Positions 30,914-37,988 of a DNA stretch of 52,974 nt are shown here, in pieces. Where the stretch lies: the IMG/VR virus record IMGVR_UViG_3300032073_000043, positions 1-52,974 of that record. One strand, given 5' to 3'. The notes beneath the pieces were generated by a model, which had not been told where the DNA came from, searched no databases, and worked only from the letters and a program-made list of their open reading frames with translations. Each line of letters starts with the position of its first letter. Positions within the stretch are counted from its first letter, which is position 1. The translations under genes and the position numbers were made by a program. This DNA comes from a virus (Duplodnaviria > Caudoviricetes).

Positions 30914-31181
30914 CTTTAGGTAACTCTTTTATAGTTCCGTCCTGAATATTAACAGAAACGTCACCGTATTTTTCTTTCAGCTTATCATTGTTCTTGTAAA
31001 GGTTAGCTTGGGTTTTTGCAACTTCCACTACTAACGCATTTTTTTGAACTTCTAAACCTCCAACTTTCATTTGTAGTTGGTTTAACGTGTCTACAAAAGT
31101 TCTTATAACTTTTAACTCTTCTTCTGTTATAGACTTAGGTTTTAAATCTACTGCTTTTGGTTTTTTCTTATATGTTGCCAT
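30897..31181 (-). CDS. Small coiled-coil protein (possible fibre assembly chaperone)
   Basis: Heptad helix ending in KEKYGDVSVNIQDGTI. Follows the fibre cassette. Confidence 0.55.
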   Translation of the reverse strand: MATYKKKPKAVDLKPKSITEEELKVIRTFVDTLNQLQMKVGGLEVQKNALVVEVAKTQANLYKNNDKLKEKYGDVSVNIQDGTIKELPKDEKSN

Positions 31182-31204
31182 AATATTATTATTTAATTAA
31201 AATT

Positions 31205-32104
31205 TTACTTCTTTTTTGCTGGTGAAGATATGTACCAGTTTTTGTATCTATCTCTTTTTTCACACACGTAGCTAATATATTTATCAACTTTAGTTTTCCA
31301 GTCTTTATCTACGTTTGGATTTATTATACCAGACTTGTAACTAGAAAATGTCTTGTTTACGTATTCTACTATGTTTTTTTGATTGTGATAAAGGAAACTA
31401 TTTATGCAGTAGAATGAGCCTCTCTGTATATCGTTCCAAACATCCACAGGTTCTATATTTTTACCTAATACACCAGCAAACAAAGGGCTTTCACTTATAT
31501 GAGTTGAATAAACGCCTTTAGCTTTCTGCATGTAGTAGTACATGTCTACATTTTTAGGAAGAATATTCTCTTCACCAAAAAAGTCTTTTAACTCACCAAT
31601 TATTTGGTGTGTAGTTATAGGGTGTGGTTTGAATAAAACATTATTACCGTGGGTGTTTACAATGTGCTTTAATCTATTTAAGCAAACATTTTCTCTAAGT
31701 TTGTTAGAACCCGGTAAAATTATTAAATAGTCCTTAGGAGGAAATCTGTCCAATTCTTCTTTTCTGTATTTATACTTGTTAGCGTTGCTATCAACAACTT
31801 TTTTTACTAACCAAGAAGAATAGTCTAGCACTTCACTTTCGTTATCGTGCCAAGCGTCGATCATTTGTTCGTTACGCATTTTAAAATTTAAAGGTTGAAG
31901 GTAAAAATTACCTGCATACTCGGTATACGCCATTGTTTTAAAGTATGGCATTTCTTCTGCCATTACATCATAGCTAGTTTCTAAGCCATTTTCTTGGCAC
32001 TTTCTAATGACATATCCTTCAACTTGTTCTAAGTCATAAAGACTGTCAGCTTTTTTAAGAGGACCTATTCTTTTCTTAAGCTCCTGCTCGTTAAACATTT
32101 CCAT
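31205..32104 (-). CDS. Glycosyltransferase-like protein (GT-B, KpsS/KpsC- or sialyltransferase-like HP motif)
   Basis: YLIILPG, VLFKPHP and GVYSTHISES..AGVLGK resemble the C-terminal domain of CMP-sugar-dependent transferases. Confidence 0.55.
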   Translation of the reverse strand: MEMFNEQELKKRIGPLKKADSLYDLEQVEGYVIRKCQENGLETSYDVMAEEMPYFKTMAYTEYAGNFYLQPLNFKMRNEQMIDAWHDNESEVLDYSSWLVKKVVDSNANKYKYRKEELDRFPPKDYLIILPGSNKLRENVCLNRLKHIVNTHGNNVLFKPHPITTHQIIGELKDFFGEENILPKNVDMYYYMQKAKGVYSTHISESPLFAGVLGKNIEPVDVWNDIQRGSFYCINSFLYHNQKNIVEYVNKTFSSYKSGIINPNVDKDWKTKVDKYISYVCEKRDRYKNWYISSPAKKK

Positions 32105-32160
32105 ATAATTAAATTTAATTTGTTATAGTACTATAGTCACATATTATTACGCTTTTCTAA

Positions 32161-34302
32161 CTACTCGTTATTATCTTGAAACGGATTAGTACCTAATTGC
32201 CCAAATTGATTAAAGTTAACATAGTTACCAGTGTTAGTTGTATACGTAGTCGTATACGTAGTTGTTGTATTAAAACCAGTGCTTGTAGCTGTAGACGTAT
32301 TAAAAACTGTTGACGTTGATGTGTTATAAACAGTAACGTGATTTGTATTAGTTGTAGTACTTGTGTTAAAAGTAGTAGTCGTGTTAAACGTAGTTACTGT
32401 AGCTGTAGTAGTGTTGTAAACAGTACTTGTCGATCTAGTTGTTGCTGTATTTGTACTAGTGTTATAAACTGTTGTTGTCGCTCTAGTTGTTGCTGTGTTT
32501 GTAGACGTGTTAAAAGCTGTTATAGTTATTGTTTGCGTTGTTGTAGATGTATTGTAAACAGTTGTATAAACAGTAGTCGTATCTCTTGCTGTACTTTTTA
32601 GAACTGTGTTTCTAGATGTACTAACAGTTGTGTTTCTAGATGTAGTAGTGCTAGTATTATAAGTTGTTGTATAAGTAGTGTTTGTACTAAATACAGTTGA
32701 TGTACTAGTATTAAACACAGTACTAGTTGCTCTACTTGTAGATACAACCGTTGTTGTACTAGTATTATAATGAGTTATTGTTATAGTACTAGTTGATCTA
32801 GTTGTATTTCTATACGTAGCGGCTTGAACATCAGTTAACCTCATTGTTTGTTGAGACGTAGTGTATACTGTATTAGTACTAGTATTAAACGTAGTTGTTG
32901 TGGATTTACTGGTATTAAAAGTTGTAGTCGTACTGTACGTAGTTAAAGTAGACGTATTATAAACTGTAGTAGTTGCTCTAGACGTTGATATTGTAGTTGC
33001 TCTACTAGTTAATGTAGCAGTACTAGTATTAAAAGTAGTACTTGTTGTGTATACCGTAGTTGTAGATCTAGATTCTATTGTAGCTCTACTAGTTGCAAAT
33101 GTAGTTACAGTTGATCTAGTGGTAGACACAGTAGTGGTTCTTTGTTCTGTTGTTACCGTGCTAGTATTAAAAGTGGTTGTAGTAGAGTATGCTGTTGTTG
33201 TAGCTCTTTGCTCTGTTGTTGATCTACTTGTAGCAAAAGTAGTCGTTGTCGAGAATACTGTAGTTGTGCTAGTGTTAAACACAGTTATAGTAGCTGTACT
33301 AGTGTTAAAAGCTGTGTTAGTAGTATATGTCGTAGTGGTAGACCTTGAGGTTGCTGTACTTCTAGTTGTAGTAAATGTTGTTGTAGTTGACTTACTAGTT
33401 ATAGTACTTGTGTTAAATGTTGTGCTAGTAGTGTATACTGTTACTGTACTTCTTTGCTCAATTGTAGCTCTTGATGTAGCAAAGGTAGTTGTAGTTGACT
33501 TAGTAGTTACAGTTGATGTATTGAAAGCCGTATTAGTAGTATATACCGTGGTTGTACTTCTAGATTCAATTGTAACTCTATCCGTAGCGAAAGTAGTAGT
33601 TGTAGCTCTAGACGTTAGCGTCGAAGTATTAAAAGCAGTTGTAGTCGTAAACGTCGTAGTAGTAGACCTACTTTCTATAGTGTTTCTGCTAGTAGCAAAA
33701 GTAGTAGTTGTAGCTCTAGTAGTATTAAATGTTGTTGTTGTTGTATACAGTGTAGTAGTACTAAACGCGGTAATTGTATTACGGCTAGTTGCTATTACTG
33801 TTGCTCTACTCGTTGATGTAGTTCTACTAGTAGCAAAAGTTGTTGTAGTAGCTCTAGATGTGGCAAACGTAGTTGTAGTAGACCTAGTAGTGTTAAATGT
33901 AGTTGTTGTATTAAATACAGTCGTGGTACTAGTATTAAATAATGTAGTTGTACTTTTACTAGTATTAAACGTAGTTAAAGTTGTGTAGGTAGTGGTAGTA
34001 GACCTACTTTCAGTTGTAGCTCTAGACGTATTAAAAGTAGTAGTCGTAGTATACGTAGTCGTAGTAGATCTACTTTCAGTCGTAGCTCTAGACGTATTAA
34101 ACGTCGTAGCTGTAGTGTATGTAGTAGTAGTATTTCTAGACTCAAGTGTGCTTCTACTTGTAGAAAAATAAGAAATATAAGTAGTGTTAAAAGACGTTGT
34201 AGTGTTTCTACTTTCAGCGGTGCTTCTTGACGTACCTCTACTCGTGTTTCTTATAGTAGATTGTGATGTGCTTCTTGATGTGCTTCTTGTAGTATTAGGC
34301 AT
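32161..34302 (-). CDS. Thr-rich repeat fibre protein A (713 aa)
   Basis: Almost entirely T/S/N with F/Y and R/K spaced 4/6/8/10 residues apart. No Pro in the repeat region. Confidence 0.85.
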   Translation of the reverse strand: MPNTTRSTSRSTSQSTIRNTSRGTSRSTAESRNTTTSFNTTYISYFSTSRSTLESRNTTTTYTTATTFNTSRATTESRSTTTTYTTTTTFNTSRATTESRSTTTTYTTLTTFNTSKSTTTLFNTSTTTVFNTTTTFNTTRSTTTTFATSRATTTTFATSRTTSTSRATVIATSRNTITAFSTTTLYTTTTTFNTTRATTTTFATSRNTIESRSTTTTFTTTTAFNTSTLTSRATTTTFATDRVTIESRSTTTVYTTNTAFNTSTVTTKSTTTTFATSRATIEQRSTVTVYTTSTTFNTSTITSKSTTTTFTTTRSTATSRSTTTTYTTNTAFNTSTATITVFNTSTTTVFSTTTTFATSRSTTEQRATTTAYSTTTTFNTSTVTTEQRTTTVSTTRSTVTTFATSRATIESRSTTTVYTTSTTFNTSTATLTSRATTISTSRATTTVYNTSTLTTYSTTTTFNTSKSTTTTFNTSTNTVYTTSQQTMRLTDVQAATYRNTTRSTSTITITHYNTSTTTVVSTSRATSTVFNTSTSTVFSTNTTYTTTYNTSTTTSRNTTVSTSRNTVLKSTARDTTTVYTTVYNTSTTTQTITITAFNTSTNTATTRATTTVYNTSTNTATTRSTSTVYNTTTATVTTFNTTTTFNTSTTTNTNHVTVYNTSTSTVFNTSTATSTGFNTTTTYTTTYTTNTGNYVNFNQFGQLGTNPFQDNNE

Positions 34303-34304
34303 AG

Positions 34305-34868
34305 TTAAGTTATTATATCGCCAGATATTTGTATTAGTAATTTACCATCTGTCTTTAAGTTATTAATATAATTATTTCTTAACGCTGTCTTATGATCGTC
34401 AGATACATCGTTTGGTTCTGCAAAAATATCTACCAATATTAAATCATATAGCTTTGTTGTTGAGTAAGTCCACTCGTCATGTGTTATTACATTTATATCA
34501 CTATGCATCCAGTTTACAATAGAAACTATCTCAGAGTCTTGTTCAACAACGTCCACACTTGTTGGTGATTTAGTATTTTTTACATATTCAGGAAAAGAAC
34601 CTAAACCAAGTCCTAATATTAAAACATCACCCCAAACTGCATTATCAAAAATACTGTTATCAAAACCACAACTATTACAATCACCTGCTTTTATTTTAGC
34701 AGTATACAAAGAGTTATAATATCTATGGTAAACATCAGATTTATATTTTAAATGTGACATCACAAATTGTGTTGTACCATCTTCTACAGAGGTTTTAGTT
34801 TCTTTTATTATTTCAAATTTAGTACCATCGTGGGTACTTATTAGGTTTTCGTTTATATATGCACTCAT
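34305..34868 (-). CDS. Class I SAM-dependent methyltransferase fold (spermidine-synthase-like)
   Basis: Motifs VLILGLGLG, VDVVEQD, YDLILVDIF and LKTDGKLL. Confidence 0.8.
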   Translation of the reverse strand: MSAYINENLISTHDGTKFEIIKETKTSVEDGTTQFVMSHLKYKSDVYHRYYNSLYTAKIKAGDCNSCGFDNSIFDNAVWGDVLILGLGLGSFPEYVKNTKSPTSVDVVEQDSEIVSIVNWMHSDINVITHDEWTYSTTKLYDLILVDIFAEPNDVSDDHKTALRNNYINNLKTDGKLLIQISGDIIT

Positions 34869-37480
34869 GATTTAATTGTTTTAAATTCTACATCTAACAT
34901 ACTATAGTCAACCCACTTACTGTTTCTGTGGTTTAGTACAGCTCCATCAATATGTTCAACTTCATCAGCCATAACACCTTGCCATACACCAGCAAATTTA
35001 TCAGCATATATACCTTTTTTAAATTCAAAGCTATATATATTTATACCTTTATTAGATTTGCCTATTAACTTAATATGTTTTTTCAATTTTCTGTCTGAAG
35101 GAAAACCACCACCACCGCCACATGAGGTAGGAGCTCCCGCAACCTGACCACCACTGATTATTTTATATTTATGTGTTGGACTAAATGCAATAGCATCTTG
35201 AGCTCCATACCATGCTCCAGCCAATGCTGATGTACCAGCAGAGTTTGTATACACATAGCTATTTGCTTGGGGTAATCCACTAGAAACGTTTGTTCCATAA
35301 TATGTAGCTCCCATAAACGCATTACACGCACCATTAAAATTACTTGCAGCTGTTGAGCTAAAAGCCGTAACGCTAGCCGCTGTGTTAAACGTTGTTATAT
35401 ACGTTGTGTTAAATGTTGTTGTATATGTTGTAGCGTAAGTTGTGTTAAACGATGTTGTAGTATTGTAAGCTGTTGTTGTTGACTTGCTAGTTCCTCTAGT
35501 TGTTGATATACCAGTTGTAAACGTAGTTGTAGTGCTATAAGTTGTAGTTGTACTTCTACTTTCAGTTGTGTTTCTACTAGTGTTAAACGTCGTGGTAGTT
35601 GTATAAGTAGTCGTAGTAGATCTGCTCTCTGTTGTTGCTCTACTTGTATTAAATGTAGTTGTTGTCGTATATGTTGTCGTTGTACTCCTAGATTCAGTAG
35701 TGTTTCTTGAAGTAGCAAATGTAGTAGTTGTTGATCTACTAGTTGCTATTGTAGTTACCCTAGATGTTGATGTTGATCTAGATGTAGCAAACGTTGTAGT
35801 TGTTGATCTAGTAGTGTTAAACGTAGTCGTCGTGCTTCTACTAGTGTTAAACGTAGTAGATGTATTAAATACAGTTATAGTAGATGTGTTAAACGCGGTA
35901 GTTGTTGATCTACTTGTTGTTGTGCTTCTACTTTCAGCTGTTGATCTACTTGTAGCAAAAGTAGTTGTTGTAGTTGTACTAGTGTTAAATACTGTGTTTG
36001 TTGTGTATGTTGTAGTTGTAGATCTATTTGTTGTAGTTGTTCTAGACGTAGCAATAGTAGTTGTAAATATAGTAGTTGTTGATTTACTAGTATTAAACAC
36101 TGTGATAGTTGCATAAACTGTATTTGTTGTTCTACTCTCTGTGGTATTTTTTGATGTCGCAAATGTTGTTGTAAAAGCGGTAGTCGTAGTTTTAGTAGTA
36201 TTAAAAACAGTACTAGTGGAATATGCGGTTGTCGTACTTCTAGATTCTGTAGTGTTTCTACTAGTGGCAAATGTAGTTGTGTATACGGTTGTAGTAGTTC
36301 TAGATGTATTAAATACTGTCGTAGTAGCAAACACTGTAGTTGTACTTCGACTTTCAGTAGTATTTCTTGACGTTGCAAAAGTTGTCGTAGTTGATCTACT
36401 AGTTGATATAGTAGTAGCTCTACTTGTTGTAGTTGCTTTACTAGTGTTGAAAGTAGTAGTCGTAGTATAAACAGTTGTAGTAGACCTTTGCTCTATTGTT
36501 GCTCTAGACGTGTTAAAAGTTGTTGTCGTTGAATAAACTGTAGTAGTACTGGTGTTGAATGTTGTTGTTGTACTTTTAGTAGTATTAAAAACAGTAGTAG
36601 TAGAATACGCGGTAGTAGTGTTTCTTGATTCAGTAGTATTTCTGCTCGTTGCAAAAGTTGTTGTAGTACTAAATATAGTTGTTGTAGACGTATTAAATAC
36701 TGTAGTTGTACTTTTACTAGTGCTAACTGTTGTATTTCTACTTTCTAAAGTTGTTTTACTAGTAGCGAAAGTTGTTGTTGTGCTTCTGCTAGTGCTAATA
36801 GTTGTATTTCTATTAGTAGTTGTACTAGTGTTGTATATAGTAGCTGTTGATTTTAACGTATTTCCTAAAAACGTGTTGTATGTAGTTGTGTAAGTAGTAG
36901 TAGTGTTTCTAGCCGTATCTACAGTTGTAACAGTAGATGTATTAAAAGTAGTAGTAGTATTTCTACTAGTGCTAACAACTGTACTTCTTGATGTAGATGT
37001 GGTTTTAACCGTTACGGTAGACGTATTAAACGCTGTGTTAAAAGAAGTTAACGTACTAGTATTAAAAGTTGTAGTCGTGCTAGTATTAAATACAGTTATA
37101 GTAATTGTTGACGTTATTGTCGACGTATTGTAATTTGTAGTATAAACTGTAGTTGTATTTCTACTAGTTGCAATTGTAGTTGATGTTAAAAAAGTAGTAG
37201 TAGTATTTTTACTTGTTGAAACAACTGTTGATGTAGAAAATGTTGTTGTTGTAGATCTATTAGTAGATATAGTAGTGTTTGTACTTCTACTAGTAGCTGT
37301 AGCTCTAGAAGTGCTGTAAGCAGTAGTTGTAGACTTAACTGTTGTTGTACTAGTATTATAAGCTGTTGTTGTACTAGTGTTATACGTAGTAGTCGTACTC
37401 TTACTGGTTCCTGTAGATTTTGTTGTTGATCTACTGGTTGACTTACTGAAAAAATTAATTTTACTCCAGAGAAAGTTCAT
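34865..37480 (-). CDS. Thr-rich repeat fibre protein B (871 aa) with C-terminal intramolecular chaperone (peptidase S74)
   Basis: About 690 aa of Thr-rich repeats, then a small Cys-flanked domain and a GGGGG linker. Ends with SDRKLKKHI...GVMADEV...VDYSML, the S74 autocleavage signature. Confidence 0.85.
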   Translation of the reverse strand: MNFLWSKINFFSKSTSRSTTKSTGTSKSTTTTYNTSTTTAYNTSTTTVKSTTTAYSTSRATATSRSTNTTISTNRSTTTTFSTSTVVSTSKNTTTTFLTSTTIATSRNTTTVYTTNYNTSTITSTITITVFNTSTTTTFNTSTLTSFNTAFNTSTVTVKTTSTSRSTVVSTSRNTTTTFNTSTVTTVDTARNTTTTYTTTYNTFLGNTLKSTATIYNTSTTTNRNTTISTSRSTTTTFATSKTTLESRNTTVSTSKSTTTVFNTSTTTIFSTTTTFATSRNTTESRNTTTAYSTTTVFNTTKSTTTTFNTSTTTVYSTTTTFNTSRATIEQRSTTTVYTTTTTFNTSKATTTSRATTISTSRSTTTTFATSRNTTESRSTTTVFATTTVFNTSRTTTTVYTTTFATSRNTTESRSTTTAYSTSTVFNTTKTTTTAFTTTFATSKNTTESRTTNTVYATITVFNTSKSTTTIFTTTIATSRTTTTNRSTTTTYTTNTVFNTSTTTTTTFATSRSTAESRSTTTSRSTTTAFNTSTITVFNTSTTFNTSRSTTTTFNTTRSTTTTFATSRSTSTSRVTTIATSRSTTTTFATSRNTTESRSTTTTYTTTTTFNTSRATTESRSTTTTYTTTTTFNTSRNTTESRSTTTTYSTTTTFTTGISTTRGTSKSTTTAYNTTTSFNTTYATTYTTTFNTTYITTFNTAASVTAFSSTAASNFNGACNAFMGATYYGTNVSSGLPQANSYVYTNSAGTSALAGAWYGAQDAIAFSPTHKYKIISGGQVAGAPTSCGGGGGFPSDRKLKKHIKLIGKSNKGINIYSFEFKKGIYADKFAGVWQGVMADEVEHIDGAVLNHRNSKWVDYSMLDVEFKTIKS

Positions 37481-37489
37481 ACGCTAATT

Positions 37490-37927
37490 TTATTGTGGGT
37501 ATGAGGAGAAACCTGATACGTAGTTAACTAATACTTTTGTGGATGAAACTATAAAATAAGTCATTACAGCTATTGTTTGGCTACCTGATCCAAATGTTAT
37601 AGCGCTTCCACCTGGTGTGTAAGCTGTACTTGGTAAAGCCGGACTGTCCCAACTAATAAAATTTGTAGATACTATATTGGGGTTATTTATTATAATAGTA
37701 CCAGACTGACCAACATTACCACTAATGTTTGAAAAACTAATACTGTGATCAACAAATGATTCATTAACAACTGTGCATATATAATAATTAGCATCATCAC
37801 TAAAGTCAATAGCAAAAACACCACTACTGTGAGTTATTGATTTTGAACCTTGCCTTTGAAAACTAAAGTCTCCGTCTATAGTAAGACTGCCTTTTATTCC
37901 AACGTCAGATAGAATTGGTATTGCCAT
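37490..37927 (-). CDS. Small tail-fibre-related protein
   Basis: Beta-rich, and shares the N-terminus MAIPIL with the upstream fibre protein. Confidence 0.6.
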   Translation of the reverse strand: MAIPILSDVGIKGSLTIDGDFSFQRQGSKSITHSSGVFAIDFSDDANYYICTVVNESFVDHSISFSNISGNVGQSGTIIINNPNIVSTNFISWDSPALPSTAYTPGGSAITFGSGSQTIAVMTYFIVSSTKVLVNYVSGFSSYPQ

Positions 37928-37944
37928 ATTGTTTATTTAAATTA

Positions 37945-37972
37945 AATACAAACGGCACCCGAAGGTACCGTC
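37945..37972 (-). terminator. UUCG hairpin, possible weak terminator
   Basis: Minus strand reads GACGGTACC-TTCG-GGTGCCGTT-TGTATT. Confidence 0.6.
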
Positions 37973-37988
37973 TATATTATTTGTATTA

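Noticed and set aside
33047-37133. Long Val-rich plus-strand ORFs (e.g. 33047..33988, 35700..36116) and Gln/Leu-rich alternative minus frames
   Set aside because: They are shadows of the Thr (ACN) codon repeats of the fibre genes, have no credible starts and run against or out of frame with the operon.
32161-37480. DNA-level inverted repeat, CRISPR array or assembly artefact as the cause of the repeats
   Set aside because: Both genes are on the same strand, synonymous codons vary between units, and there is no constant repeat with unique spacers. The complementarity exists only in amino-acid classes.
32161-37480. Ice-binding or ice-nucleation beta-solenoid (TxT arrays)
   Set aside because: There is no fixed coil period and no regular Gly/Pro turn residues, and the inter-chain complementarity explains the pattern better. 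Ice binding by a Thr face is not excluded but is unsupported.
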